A stretch of DNA of 55,008 nt from a virus (lineage: Duplodnaviria; Heunggongvirae; Uroviricota; Caudoviricetes), in IMG/VR virus record IMGVR_UViG_3300045988_134234, positions 1 through 55,008 of that record; one strand, written 5' to 3'. The notes beneath the pieces are model-generated. The model had not been told where the DNA came from and did no database searches. It saw only the letters and a list, made by a program, of their open reading frames with translations. This document shows, one piece after another, positions 8,175 to 18,346 of the stretch; positions within the stretch are counted from its first letter, which is position 1, and every line of letters starts with the position of its first letter. Position numbers and translations under genes: made by a program.

Positions 8175-8498
8175 ATGACCACATCGCATTCTGCAATCAC
8201 CCAGGAAAAAGTATTTCGCTTGCTCGAACGTCTGGAGGCGCTCGCCACGGAGGAGGATATATCCCCGGAGATGCTGGTCGAGTGCAGCCGTGTGATATTG
8301 CGTCGCAAGAACGACATCGCGCGGCTGACATCTGGCGCACCATCCGTATCAGCCAGTCCAACGCTTTATTGCAGCTTCTGCAACAAATCCCAGCACACCG
8401 TTAAAAAGTTAATTGCCGGGGACAACGTTTTCATCTGCAACGAGTGCGTGAAAGATTGCAACAACATTATCCAGGAAGAGCAAAGGGAATCAGCATGA
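8175..8498 (+). CDS. small protein with ClpX-type N-terminal zinc-binding domain (ZBD) at its C-terminus
   Basis: [39 protein letters not shown] closely matches recalled E. coli ClpX ZBD ([39 protein letters not shown]); no AAA+ domain; AAGGAG RBS. Confidence 0.7.
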   Translation: MTTSHSAITQEKVFRLLERLEALATEEDISPEMLVECSRVILRRKNDIARLTSGAPSVSASPTLYCSFCNKSQHTVKKLIAGDNVFICNECVKDCNNIIQEEQRESA

Positions 8499-9205
8499 AA
8501 TTTTCCAAATTTTCTGAGTTGGTGAATCGTATTTTGTCCAACAACCACAGCCATCGTCGCGATATGGATGTAACGATCGTTGTTCATTCGCCTGGCAGCA
8601 TTGGTTCAACACCTTCAGTTGAGGTTCAGTCAATTCACGCTGGTTTTGATTGGGATTCCGGGAAAGTGCTGATTTTCCCAGCACAGCCACTGACCACGCT
8701 AACACCAGAACAGATTACTGATATCACGGATAGTGTGCGCAAAGGTCAGTCTTGGCACGCATATCAGGAATACAAGAAGCATAAAGAGCAGTTGGAAAAA
8801 TTGTCGATTGAACTGGATGCTGCAAGACGGCGCATTACAGAACTGGAGAGCGAACGCGCGGTGCTGGCGGCGGAGAATGCGGAGCTGAAGTCTGTGCACC
8901 CTCAACCATTCGGAGCTGAGATGATGAAGGCTCTTGATGCGTATGAGAAGCATCAGGATGAAGTGCCAGAGACAGGAATGCTCAATGCATTTTTCATCTT
9001 GCGCGACAGCATCCGTGTTGAAACCCCAGCCACCGACTCTTTCCTGTCTGAAGTACGGGCGCAGGGGGTGGATATGGCTCGTAACGCGATGATTGATTTT
9101 GTTGATGGTGAAGTTGGGCCAAACAAGAACGTTCCGGGGCTGATTAGAGGCGCAGAGATATGCGTAAGTATTGCTGAACAGCTTCGCAAAGGAGGCAACC
9201 AGTGA
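8495..9205 (+). CDS. hypothetical coiled-coil protein (Ea22-like region)
   Basis: Internal ATG of ORF 8444..9205 overlapping upstream stop (ATGA); [17 protein letters not shown] coiled coil. Confidence 0.45.
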   Translation: MKFSKFSELVNRILSNNHSHRRDMDVTIVVHSPGSIGSTPSVEVQSIHAGFDWDSGKVLIFPAQPLTTLTPEQITDITDSVRKGQSWHAYQEYKKHKEQLEKLSIELDAARRRITELESERAVLAAENAELKSVHPQPFGAEMMKALDAYEKHQDEVPETGMLNAFFILRDSIRVETPATDSFLSEVRAQGVDMARNAMIDFVDGEVGPNKNVPGLIRGAEICVSIAEQLRKGGNQ

Positions 9206-9477
9206 ATATCGACACGACAATAACGATCGATACGCTCCTAAATACCGGTCTGGCACTTCTCGGTTGGCTTTACATCATGTCCCGTACATGGCGATGGCTG
9301 GGTTCCATTTTCCTGAAACAGTGGAAAAAACGGCGCAAACAGGAACTACGCCAGAAGGCATTAGAAGCGTTCTATGACGCATTTGAACTTGGCAGCATTG
9401 AACCCGGCACAACAGCGAGGATAGCGACAAAAGGCGACCTGATGATAGTGATGTTCAGACAGGAGAAAACCAAATGA
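9202..9477 (+). CDS. small membrane protein
   Basis: Hydrophobic segment LLNTGLALLGWLYIM followed by basic stretch. Confidence 0.4.
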   Translation: MNIDTTITIDTLLNTGLALLGWLYIMSRTWRWLGSIFLKQWKKRRKQELRQKALEAFYDAFELGSIEPGTTARIATKGDLMIVMFRQEKTK

Positions 9478-9701
9478 CAGAACAGACGATGACAAATCGC
9501 GAACTTGTTGATGCCGCGATTGAACTTGCTGGCGATTTTTATTCCATGATGGGGTACACGCATCGCCCTGGCTTCAAATATTGGGAGTCTCCGCACCCGC
9601 AAGAGCAACAGGTATTTCAAATGGCCTGCCGCGCTTTTGAAGTTATTCGCGGTTCTGATGTGATGGACGCGGTTGCTGATTTGGAGGATGTTGCAGAATG
9701 A
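9474..9701 (+). CDS. hypothetical protein (75 aa)
   Basis: ORF in tightly packed same-strand array. Confidence 0.4.
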   Translation: MTEQTMTNRELVDAAIELAGDFYSMMGYTHRPGFKYWESPHPQEQQVFQMACRAFEVIRGSDVMDAVADLEDVAE

Positions 9702-10381
9702 TCACCGTTAACGGCCAGGCTTTATATGGCCGTATTGATGGTTCAGGATACAGAAACATATGGGTTGTTGGTGATTTGCACGGTTGCTACACCCTACTTA
9801 TGAATGAACTCCATCGTGTGGATTTTGACCCGACACAGGATTTACTGATATCGGTTGGCGACCTTATCGATCGCGGCACCGAAAATGTTGAATGCCTGGA
9901 GCTATTGCAGATGCCCTGGTTTCGGTCGGTTATGGGAAACCACGAGCGATTAATGATCGATGCGTTAAGTCCCGCAGGCAATGTGAATAACTGGCTAATG
10001 AATGGCGGTCAATGGTTCTTCATGCTGGACGCTGATCGGGAAATATTAGCCAGGGCGCTGGTGGAGCTGGTAAGACGTTTGCCCTATATCATTGAGTTGA
10101 ACACCGGGCATGAAACTATCGTTATAGTCCATGCCGACTATCCTGATAACGAATACCAGTTTGGTAAACCTGTTAGCGATCTCAATGTTACCTGGCGTCG
10201 TGAGCGATTTTATGACGCGGTTGATGGTGTTGGTGGAATGATCACTGGTGCAGATAGCTTTATTTTCGGGCATACGCCAGTAAACAGCCCGAAATCTTTC
10301 TGGAACCAGCACTACATAGACACTGGCGCGGTTTTTTGCGGAAATCTGACGCTAAAGCAGGTGAAGGGAGGACAGCCGTAA
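9698..10381 (+). CDS. Ser/Thr protein phosphatase (lambda-PPase/NinI-like metallophosphoesterase)
   Basis: GDLHG, GDLIDRG, GNHE, and later HADYP / GHTP metallophosphatase motifs. Confidence 0.85.
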   Translation: MITVNGQALYGRIDGSGYRNIWVVGDLHGCYTLLMNELHRVDFDPTQDLLISVGDLIDRGTENVECLELLQMPWFRSVMGNHERLMIDALSPAGNVNNWLMNGGQWFFMLDADREILARALVELVRRLPYIIELNTGHETIVIVHADYPDNEYQFGKPVSDLNVTWRRERFYDAVDGVGGMITGADSFIFGHTPVNSPKSFWNQHYIDTGAVFCGNLTLKQVKGGQP

Positions 10382-10413
10382 TCCTGAACACATCGTTTAT
10401 GCACTCAAAATGG

Positions 10414-10443
10414 TGTTAGAATATTGATTTTAATTTTCTAACA
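10414..10443. promoter_or_regulatory. operator-like inverted pair TGTTAGAA...TTTCTAACA
   Basis: Between phosphatase gene and the 10486 gene. Confidence 0.5.
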
Positions 10444-10485
10444 TATTATTTTACCGCTTGGAACAAAACAGAGTCGGTATACATT

Positions 10486-11481
10486 ATGAGTGCAATAATC
10501 ACACCTCATTTCGTAAACGGAGCTGGTGTGGCTGTCTTTCCGGTAGACAAGCCCACCAGCAACTACATTGGCGCAGGTCGCCGTTTCATTATCTCTCCAC
10601 TTCCGCGTGAACAGGCTGAAAACACGCCAGATGGCGTAGTGGATCTGAATTATTCGCTGGTTGCCAACCAGTCTCTGAAACCGTTTTTTCAAAGCGAGCG
10701 CGTATTTAACGCGTTGGGCGGTGAAGATTCGCTTGTTCATTGGGTAAGTTCCAATATCCACGATTGCCAGGCGCACGATAAGCGCGATTGCAGCCACCAG
10801 CTAACCACTCATTTCTATAACGGCTCTGCCGTTCGCCTGTGCTGGAAGCATGATGCGGAATACATGATGAAGGGGTACAGCAAGCTGGACGACCAGTTAT
10901 CCCTGAATCGTGCCAACTGGGTTATGAACTGGGCTGCGAGCGAGTTAAAACTACCGCCAGAACGCGATCTGAGCATGGTTGAACTCACTTTTTGGGCCAT
11001 TCGCCGAAATCTTAAAGACGAGCTGCCAGATGAAGCCGGTCGCATTGCATTTTGTCAGCCAAAACAGGAAATCCCTACCGGCACACTGAAAGAATCGGAT
11101 ATCACCTGGGAGCACAGCACCCGTGAGCTGGTGGACATAACCGCAGAGCAGATCGTCAACCTGTCTGTAGATGAGGATTCCGGCCTGCTGTATATGCGCC
11201 GACCAAAAGCGGTTCTCGGTAAAAGCCCGGCTTATCTCCGGTTTGTGATTTCTCGTCCGTGCATCGGATGCGGTGGCAAAGTTAATCACCCGTTCATGTA
11301 CCGCGCCCGCTCGTTAAACGAACACGATCGCTGGGCCGTTCCTCTTTGCGATGAATGCGCCAGAAGCGCAGAAAACGATGTCCGGGCATGGGAAAAAGCA
11401 CATGGCATACGCCTTTACGTAGCCGCTAACCAGCTTTTCGACTTCGCCATCGAGCGCGGAGTGATCACGTTCAATAACTGA
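10486..11481 (+). CDS. hypothetical protein with C-terminal Cys cluster
   Basis: 331 aa; CIGCGG...CDEC motif near C-terminus; family not assigned. Confidence 0.5.
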   Translation: MSAIITPHFVNGAGVAVFPVDKPTSNYIGAGRRFIISPLPREQAENTPDGVVDLNYSLVANQSLKPFFQSERVFNALGGEDSLVHWVSSNIHDCQAHDKRDCSHQLTTHFYNGSAVRLCWKHDAEYMMKGYSKLDDQLSLNRANWVMNWAASELKLPPERDLSMVELTFWAIRRNLKDELPDEAGRIAFCQPKQEIPTGTLKESDITWEHSTRELVDITAEQIVNLSVDEDSGLLYMRRPKAVLGKSPAYLRFVISRPCIGCGGKVNHPFMYRARSLNEHDRWAVPLCDECARSAENDVRAWEKAHGIRLYVAANQLFDFAIERGVITFNN

Positions 11482-11485
11482 TGGA

Positions 11486-12076
11486 GTGGATCAAAAAATG
11501 AAAGAACGCGGGATGATTTTTAACGATGAAATGGTCCGGGCAATTCTTGGCGGGGATAAAACACAGACTCGCAGGATTGTTGAAGAAAAATTCTATGGAC
11601 GGGCAGTGGCCGCAGAGTTGCTTGCCAAGCATTGTCCATATGGTCAACCGGGCGATCGTATTTGGGTTCGCGAAACCTACCGGGTACATGGCAAAGCGAC
11701 GGACGTCGCAACGCTGGTTTATCGCGCAAGCGTGCGTAACTCCTGGACAGAACAAACGCACCGGGTTCCGGTCGATGTTTGTAATAAACCAGTATCAGAA
11801 AAGTGGACGCCATCAATTCACATGCCGCGCTGGGCATCACGCATTCTTCTGGAAATTACCGACGTGCGTGTGGAACGGCTGCATGACATGAGCGAGGCAG
11901 ATGCTAAAGCAGAAGGCGCAACTCCGGCGACGTACAAGATTACGCCACCTGAAGCTGTTTATCGCGTTGGTTTTGGTGATATCTGGCGCAGTATTTACGG
12001 GCAGGATAACTGGCTATCTAACCCGTGGGTATGGGTAATCGAGTTTAAGCGTATTCAGGGGGCAACCAGTGAGTGA
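11486..12076 (+). CDS. hypothetical protein (196 aa)
   Basis: N-terminal MIFNDEMVRAILGGDKTQTRR motif; family uncertain. Confidence 0.45.
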   Translation: MDQKMKERGMIFNDEMVRAILGGDKTQTRRIVEEKFYGRAVAAELLAKHCPYGQPGDRIWVRETYRVHGKATDVATLVYRASVRNSWTEQTHRVPVDVCNKPVSEKWTPSIHMPRWASRILLEITDVRVERLHDMSEADAKAEGATPATYKITPPEAVYRVGFGDIWRSIYGQDNWLSNPWVWVIEFKRIQGATSE

Positions 12077-12335
12077 GTCAAAATGCCAAATTAATGGCAA
12101 CAAGATAGAACCGTGCGCGGCTTTGGCACAATCGCTGGAGTATGACGCTGAATACACGACGCGAAAAGGGCTTCTGAAATACAAAATTTATAACCATGCA
12201 TTAATTAATTCACAAGACCTGATCATGCTGCGGTCTGGTGAATTTTCTAAATCGCCTATTCGAGTTTCATTTTGCCCGTTCTGTGGTGAAAGTCTGAAAA
12301 CGTGGGAAGCGGAGGCAACCAGTGAGCAAAATTAA
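12069..12335 (+). CDS. hypothetical small protein with CxxC
   Basis: ORF; CPFCGE motif. Confidence 0.35.
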   Translation: MSESKCQINGNKIEPCAALAQSLEYDAEYTTRKGLLKYKIYNHALINSQDLIMLRSGEFSKSPIRVSFCPFCGESLKTWEAEATSEQN

Positions 12336-12999
12336 CTATCAAGAACTGCGCGAGGCGGCGGAACAGGCAACGCAAGATGAATGGGTAGCATATATTTTGC
12401 CGGGTCATAACGGCATTTATCCTGCGCGCACGTCTGAGGGTAGGCATTGCGGATACTTTATTGACTGGCCTGGCATTGATGGGCAAAGGAATGCTGGTGC
12501 TAATGCCCGTTATATCGCGGCTATCCCACCAAAAGTTGCGCTGGCACTACTGGATGAGATCAACGCATTAGAGGAAACGCGTATCAACGATGTTTGCCGT
12601 ATTGCGGAACTAACAAAACAACTGGAGTCGGCAAAATCAAAACTCAACGAACAGCGTGAATATTACGAAGGTGTTATCTCGGATGGGAGTAAGCGCATTG
12701 CAGAACTGGAAGCACGGGAAATAAAACCAGCCAAAGGTGAAGTTCTTGTCGTTGTTTCTGGTTTTACTGGTTGCGGAAAAAGCGCCATCGCCGGGGAAAT
12801 AGAAATCGCGATGCAGGCTATTGGTGTACCGGTTCAGTGGACTAATGGCGATGCGGAAAAGCGCATGACAGGAGCTGACTGGCTGACAGCGATTGATATG
12901 TACAAACCAACAGTGCGCATCGTGGAAGTTAATGTGCCACGCGCCCCTGGCATTCGCATCAAAGGAGACGCAGGAGAACAAAACGATGAAAAACCGTAA
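12322..12999 (+). CDS. Ea22-like protein
   Basis: N-terminal YQELREAAEQA and C-terminal GIRIKGD shared with the 7682.. gene. Confidence 0.45.
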   Translation: MSKINYQELREAAEQATQDEWVAYILPGHNGIYPARTSEGRHCGYFIDWPGIDGQRNAGANARYIAAIPPKVALALLDEINALEETRINDVCRIAELTKQLESAKSKLNEQREYYEGVISDGSKRIAELEAREIKPAKGEVLVVVSGFTGCGKSAIAGEIEIAMQAIGVPVQWTNGDAEKRMTGADWLTAIDMYKPTVRIVEVNVPRAPGIRIKGDAGEQNDEKP

Positions 13000-13570
13000 A
13001 GCAAAATTACTTCTTTTATCGCGTTCGACGGGGTACGAGAAGCTACCAATCAGCAATCACAAACGGGCGGTGATCGGCATGTTTGGTAGGGTGGTATTCG
13101 CATTTAACTATAAACCCACCGCGTCGCGGAACAGACGAGAGAAGGGGTACGCAGTGCGATGAAAAACCGTAAGGCAAAGATGCTGATAGCAAAGCCCGGG
13201 CAGCGTATCCGTATCTCAAATCGGCTTGTTATTTACTATAGATATCTGGGTTTTAGGGGGTGTTCCTCTATTCGTTTTTACGGTGTCTGGCGGAGCAGAA
13301 GCGTGGCGCAAAACCGCTGGAAAAACCACTTGCGCACTAAAGGAGAGTGAGGTGCCTACACTATTCAGGAAAAACTATCCGCGAAAGAGTAGAGCAATAG
13401 AATTGCTGTTTATCATTCTGTTTTTCGTGTTGCTGATACCAATATCCTCAATATTAGTGACTGTTCTAGTGGGGAAAGCATTTGAACCGTTAGTTGACCT
13501 GTATATCGATATAGTGTGTAAACCATTCGGGGCACTACACAATAAAATTAACCCATACAAGGAAACTGAT

Positions 13571-13807
13571 ATGGCAACTTTGACAAAAGAAGATCGTTTT
13601 ACCAAAAAACAAATCGCCGAGGCAAAAATCCTCGATAACAACGGAACCTACTTCATCAACGGTTCCATTCTTCCTGTTTATATCAATGAAGATGGAGACA
13701 CTTACCTTATTGAAGAGTACGAAAAAGGCGAGCCGAGCGAACACCTCATTAAAGATTTGTTCGCGGATGGCGTTATTGTTGCTGTTAATCCGATTGGCTA
13801 CAACTAA
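13571..13807 (+). CDS. hypothetical small protein
   Basis: Internal ATG (Met116) of ORF 13226..13807 in AT-rich region; start uncertain. Confidence 0.3.
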   Translation: MATLTKEDRFTKKQIAEAKILDNNGTYFINGSILPVYINEDGDTYLIEEYEKGEPSEHLIKDLFADGVIVAVNPIGYN

Positions 13808-13817
13808 AGCATAAATT

Positions 13818-14330
13818 ATGACCAGTATTACCAGAGAACAGGCCAAGAAAATTATTGAAGCTGCCGATGAGGTTATTAGTGCGCTTGCCGGAACTAACGA
13901 GGATGTTCACCCTGGTAGCGATAACATGCTACGTCTGTGGGATGACCTGAATGACCGTTACGCGCCCCCTGAAGTTGTGCGTGAGCTGGCACGAATTGTG
14001 CTGGCATCGCTGGAAGCAGAACCGATGGCATGGCGATATCGCTACGTGAAAAAAGGCATTACGGACTCACAGGGGGAGCCGTGGGTTGGTGACTGGAAAT
14101 ATGTACCGACAAAAGAGGATTGCAACGACAGACCGAACTATGAAATTCAGGCGTTATTCACTGCCCCGCCTGTGCCACTAACACCAGAAGGATTGATTAA
14201 AGCAGTGCGCTTCTATGAACAGGTTAAGCGTGAAAATCCGCCAGTCGAAACCGGAGCATGGAAAGACGCTGTTGACTGGGTGCTCAAAGAGGCTTGCCAG
14301 GCTGTAAACATTGGTACCAAAGGAGATTGA
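13818..14330 (+). CDS. hypothetical protein, paralog pair member A
   Basis: Shares ALASLEAEPMAW and LFTAPPVP motifs with the next gene. Confidence 0.5.
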   Translation: MTSITREQAKKIIEAADEVISALAGTNEDVHPGSDNMLRLWDDLNDRYAPPEVVRELARIVLASLEAEPMAWRYRYVKKGITDSQGEPWVGDWKYVPTKEDCNDRPNYEIQALFTAPPVPLTPEGLIKAVRFYEQVKRENPPVETGAWKDAVDWVLKEACQAVNIGTKGD

Positions 14331-14331
14331 T

Positions 14332-14718
14332 ATGAGCGCTTTTACCGACAAAGAACTGATTAAAGAAATCAAAGAGCGCATAGGCAGCTTGGACGTGCGA
14401 GACAATATTGAGCGCCGGGCTTATGAAATAGCGTTAGCCTCGCTGGAAGCAGAGCCGGTGGCATGGGTAATGGCTGACGACCTTAGAGATAATGCAATTG
14501 TATCTACCCCGGCCTACCCATGTCTGGATGATGCGAAAGAGCGAACAATTGGCAGTTTGATTGCTTTGTACGCCGCCCCTCCAGTGCCAGTAGTACCGGA
14601 AGAAAAACCAATGCCTAATCCTCTTAGCATGTACGCGGTTGATGCTGTTGCCGCTATTGCAGAGGTGAGAGGATGGAACGCCTGCCGTGCAGCCATGCTT
14701 AAGGGGGATAAATCATGA
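14332..14718 (+). CDS. hypothetical protein, paralog pair member B
   Basis: Internal ATG of ORF 14311..14718; ALASLEAEPVAW, LYAAPPVP. Confidence 0.5.
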   Translation: MSAFTDKELIKEIKERIGSLDVRDNIERRAYEIALASLEAEPVAWVMADDLRDNAIVSTPAYPCLDDAKERTIGSLIALYAAPPVPVVPEEKPMPNPLSMYAVDAVAAIAEVRGWNACRAAMLKGDKS

Positions 14719-15074
14719 TTAATCGAACCAAACTGGAGCACATCCTCGAGTATGCCAGGCAGCAGAGGCGCTTTGGCCAGCTTTGTAAAATTCTGCCAGG
14801 AGATATGGTTGAAATCGTGGAGATTGCCATGCGTAAGACTGGCAACTCTCCGGTAACTCCGGATAGTTGGATAAGCTGTAGTGAGCGAATGCCAAATGAT
14901 GGTCAGCACGTAATTATTTTATGTGATGGCGCATTCGTTCTTTATGCGCAATATCGAGACGGAGAGTTTTTCGATATTGTCCGCAATGGTGATGAATTTT
15001 TCGAAACACAGAGTCACAATGTAACCGACTGGATGCCTCTACCAGAACCGCCTCAGGAGGTTAACCGTGGCTAA
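14715..15074 (+). CDS. DUF551-like phage protein
   Basis: C-terminal VTDWMPLPEPP signature. Confidence 0.5.
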   Translation: MINRTKLEHILEYARQQRRFGQLCKILPGDMVEIVEIAMRKTGNSPVTPDSWISCSERMPNDGQHVIILCDGAFVLYAQYRDGEFFDIVRNGDEFFETQSHNVTDWMPLPEPPQEVNRG

Positions 15075-15250
15075 CCTGCAACTTATCCTCAAAGGTGAAA
15101 AGATTTGAGGATTCGCATCATTAATAACACCGACAAGCATCCGGATGATTATTTGGATTGCTCGTTAGCAGAGCGCGTGGAATTGATATAAGAGAATCTC
15201 CGCACATCGGCAACACACAGCTAAGTATGTTCGCAATAAAGGTTAAATCA

Positions 15251-15652
15251 ATGGCTAAATTTCGGAGAACTATTATTTTTCTGGCAATGTTATCTGCCTG
15301 CCATTTATCACATGCATCGGTTATTGTTGCAACCGCCGCAACAACGGCAGCAATTAGCGCCTCAGCCGCAAGCGAGCAGGAGCAACGCACTGCAATCAAT
15401 GCATCCGCAAATACCACCACTGTAGCAGTCACGCAAGATAAGCCAAATATAGGCTTTGTTACTTGCGGAAAACGGCATGGAGAGACGGTCGGTTCTCTTG
15501 GTTGCGCAGTGTGGCATGACGAACGAGCAGAAATTCCGTGGAAATCATGGCCTGGTTACATTCTTGGCGAAAAGATACCCACCAGCTATGAAGTAAATGC
15601 TATTTCGTTCGATCAATATAACAGAGTCGCAACGGTTTACTTTTCTTATTAA
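15251..15652 (+). CDS. putative lipoprotein
   Basis: Internal ATG of ORF 15158..15652; MAKFRRTIIFLAMLSAC lipobox-like signal. Confidence 0.45.
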   Translation: MAKFRRTIIFLAMLSACHLSHASVIVATAATTAAISASAASEQEQRTAINASANTTTVAVTQDKPNIGFVTCGKRHGETVGSLGCAVWHDERAEIPWKSWPGYILGEKIPTSYEVNAISFDQYNRVATVYFSY

Positions 15653-15658
15653 CACGGA

Positions 15659-15958
15659 GTGATTATGTGGCGCGGTAATAATCATGGCGGAAGCCAGATG
15701 ATACTTACCGAATATAAGCTAGACCACAAAACCAATAAATCACGCTCAGTATATTTGCTCCGGCACAATAGCCGCGTAAGGAACACCGTGCTGGAGCAAA
15801 ATCTGACCGTTGAAATGGATAATTTGGGAAACTTCAAGCCAACAATATCGCTTGATGATTTTCCTCGTGGTTTAAGCGAAAGAGAAGCAATGCTGAAATT
15901 AGCAGAATGGCTACAAAGATTGAGCATTGTTATTGAAGATAACTGGAGTCAACCATAA
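15659..15958 (+). CDS. hypothetical protein (99 aa)
   Basis: ORF only. Confidence 0.4.
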   Translation: MIMWRGNNHGGSQMILTEYKLDHKTNKSRSVYLLRHNSRVRNTVLEQNLTVEMDNLGNFKPTISLDDFPRGLSEREAMLKLAEWLQRLSIVIEDNWSQP

Positions 15959-16041
15959 TGAAAAACAGAAAGAAATTTTGGATTACTTTTTTTGTTTGTA
16001 TGCCTTTGCGGTTTATTTGTTTTATTAGCTGGTGGTGTTAA
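15958..16041 (+). CDS. possible tiny hydrophobic peptide (~27 aa)
   Basis: MKNRKKFWITFFVCMPLRF...; start overlaps upstream stop (TAATG); approximate coordinates. Confidence 0.2.
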   Translation: MKNRKKFWITFFVCMPLRFICFISWWC

Positions 16042-16155
16042 ATGGGGTACGGTGGGGTGTGGTTTTTGGAGTGGGCTTACTCTTTTCGCAGCCTGGCTTA
16101 TCGCCAACTTTGAGTCAGGCGGAGGGTATTGGTAAGTGGTCTTATTCCCCACTTC

Positions 16156-16207
16156 ATAACGGATATCACGCTCGTGATAACGGATATTCCAATTTTGATA
16201 ACGGATA
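16156..16207. repeat. three direct repeats of (T)GATAACGGATA phased at 21 bp
   Basis: Copies at about 16156, 16177 and 16198 immediately upstream of the 16215 ATG. Confidence 0.6.
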
Positions 16208-16214
16208 AGGCCAA

Positions 16215-16424
16215 ATGAAGCATTTTTTAAGGTTGGCATTTGTTCTGGCGCTATTTGCTCCTCCGGCTGCGATGGCTGGAGAACAGCAACATTGCACAAA
16301 AGAGAATGAACACCCTTTCATCGTTATTCAATGTGATGATGGAACGGTGACAGTAGTTAATGTAAGAGATAAACGTGCAGCCGTATGCCGTAAAGGCGAA
16401 CCATGCAAGGAAATAAAACTATGA
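16215..16424 (+). CDS. small Cys-containing secreted protein
   Basis: MKHFLRLAFVLALFAPPAAMA signal-like N-terminus. Confidence 0.5.
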   Translation: MKHFLRLAFVLALFAPPAAMAGEQQHCTKENEHPFIVIQCDDGTVTVVNVRDKRAAVCRKGEPCKEIKL

Positions 16425-17218
16425 CTAAAATCACTAAATTTCGCATATCAGAGATTATTGCACGCATCGAAATGTATGGACACGGCGCTGGATACACGGC
16501 GGATGAGGTATTGGAGCTTGCCCAAATAGCGTTAGCAACCTGCAAAGACGGTGAGAGTATAAAGCTGATTGACTTGTTGGTGCTGGAGCTGCCAAAGCGT
16601 GGAGGGTGGCCTGATGATGTGCTCGATTGTCGCATGGTTAGAGAGGACTGCTGTGAACCATCATATGGTTTCTTTGCTTTTGGCTCTGATCCAGCGAAAA
16701 GCCCGCGTGGGCGCAATTTTTGCCTTGAGGTCAGGCTTCCGATAAGTAACCTTGATCGCGAGGAATACACGGAAATAATTTCGCGCAAACAATACGAAGA
16801 GGCTCTTGAAGCATCCAATAAGTTAAATTTTGAGCAATGGCTGGGACAACAACGCGAAAAAATCGACCTGGACTGCGGTTGTGTGTCTACTGAAACATTC
16901 ATGCACTGGCTGCGGGTAGCCTATGAATCTGGCAACCGTCTGGATACTCATCCACAAGAGGTGCCGAAGCCAAGAGTAAGCACAACTCTGGAAAGGAGCT
17001 ATCTTGAAACTGCATTAAAGATTAAGGCAGGCCATACGCTAGGCGTCATTGATGCCATGTTGGTTCATGAAATGGCGAAGGCTTTACTACCAGAAATTCC
17101 CGCGAATACGCCTACGCAAGTTCTGGCGCTAATGAACAAACACAATCTGCCCAGGGAAGCATTCTGGTGCTTTGACCATGAACAGTGGAGATACTCATGC
17201 TATGAATGCCGGTATTAA
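16403..17218 (+). CDS. hypothetical protein (271 aa)
   Basis: ORF only. Confidence 0.45.
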   Translation: MQGNKTMTKITKFRISEIIARIEMYGHGAGYTADEVLELAQIALATCKDGESIKLIDLLVLELPKRGGWPDDVLDCRMVREDCCEPSYGFFAFGSDPAKSPRGRNFCLEVRLPISNLDREEYTEIISRKQYEEALEASNKLNFEQWLGQQREKIDLDCGCVSTETFMHWLRVAYESGNRLDTHPQEVPKPRVSTTLERSYLETALKIKAGHTLGVIDAMLVHEMAKALLPEIPANTPTQVLALMNKHNLPREAFWCFDHEQWRYSCYECRY

Positions 17219-17274
17219 TGATGACTGGTGAGCTTGTAGTTCTGGCTACCCGCAGCACCCCTGGTTACTACAAA

Positions 17275-17625
17275 TCATTGTAGTGGGTGGCATTTAACGA
17301 AATCGATCACCCTATCCTGAACTTCAGAAAGAAGGGCTTTTTCACGCGCCAGGACGTCAGGATATTGACGTTCTGGCCTTACCAGATGCCGGAGCTTCCC
17401 ATTAAGCAGAATGGCCTCAGAAAACACTTTTACGCTGTGCTTTATCCCCTCTGTTTCACTTTTCAACGTCAAAATAAAGCGCAATTGCTTATTAGCCTGA
17501 TTCAGATTCAATACACGAATTTGCAGTTCGTCTATGCTGTTTCGCAATGGGATTGATGCCACCACACTGGTGCAGTCTCTGATTGTCTGAATTGAACGGC
17601 TAACATTGAGAACGTTATTGTGCAT
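17275..17625 (-). CDS. hypothetical protein (116 aa)
   Basis: ORF on opposite strand between same-strand arrays. Confidence 0.3.
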   Translation of the reverse strand: MHNNVLNVSRSIQTIRDCTSVVASIPLRNSIDELQIRVLNLNQANKQLRFILTLKSETEGIKHSVKVFSEAILLNGKLRHLVRPERQYPDVLAREKALLSEVQDRVIDFVKCHPLQ

Positions 17626-17657
17626 GTGCCTGATCCACTAACTCCGGGAGGTTTCTT

Positions 17658-17909
17658 GTGTCAGATCGAAATATAGCAGCTAAAAGCCAGGAAGAGCGAG
17701 ACAAGGTGAACGTAGACCTTGCCGCCAGCGGCGTTGCTTACAAAGAACGCCTGAATATACCCGTGATTGCAGAGCAGGTGGCCCGTGAGCAACCGGAAAA
17801 CCTGCGCGCCTATTTCATGGAACGGCTACGGCACTACCGGCAGTTAAGCCTCCAGTTGCCAAAAGGGAGCGATCCGGTGTATCAGAACGAGGATGCACCA
17901 AAAAAATAA
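17658..17909 (+). CDS. hot: DNA polymerase III theta (HolE)-like protein, P1 Hot-like
   Basis: [43 protein letters not shown] aligns with recalled E. coli HolE ([43 protein letters not shown]). Confidence 0.75.
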   Translation: MSDRNIAAKSQEERDKVNVDLAASGVAYKERLNIPVIAEQVAREQPENLRAYFMERLRHYRQLSLQLPKGSDPVYQNEDAPKK

Positions 17910-18285
17910 CGGCAAGATGGGGGAGACATTAAACATGCTTAACTATCACGACAACACGCGTTCTATGCAGACAATCCGCACCAATACAGCGGTGGTCGAT
18001 AGCTTTCCTGTACATACTCAAGGCCGTGAAGATACCGTGGAAGTGCGACGCATGTTGTGTCGCCGGTCACCAGGCCACCAGCACTTCATCGTAACGTTTA
18101 AAAGCGATGTAGAGCGCGCCGAGAAAATCTCTAACTCCACATCTCTGGTTAAGCCGTTGGCGGAGGTTATTGTGCGCAACAATAAGGCGCGCTTTGTCCT
18201 TGAGGAGCATCATTCTGATTTTAATGAAAAAATTGAGTCAAGCATTTTGCAATATATGAATGGCAAGTTCACGCCACCAATGTGA
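17893..18285 (+). CDS. hypothetical protein (130 aa)
   Basis: ORF between hot-like and humD-like genes. Confidence 0.4.
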   Translation: MHQKNNGKMGETLNMLNYHDNTRSMQTIRTNTAVVDSFPVHTQGREDTVEVRRMLCRRSPGHQHFIVTFKSDVERAEKISNSTSLVKPLAEVIVRNNKARFVLEEHHSDFNEKIESSILQYMNGKFTPPM

Positions 18286-18346
18286 TTAGCCCCCAGCGTG
18301 GCGCGCGTACAAACCCCGCTTTCACAAACTATGCCTTTTCAATGTA

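Noticed and set aside
10486-11481. Assignment as lambda NinG/Rap recombination protein
   Set aside because: Suggested only by neighbourhood (next to NinI-like phosphatase); the sequence shows just a C-terminal Cys cluster and I cannot support the family.
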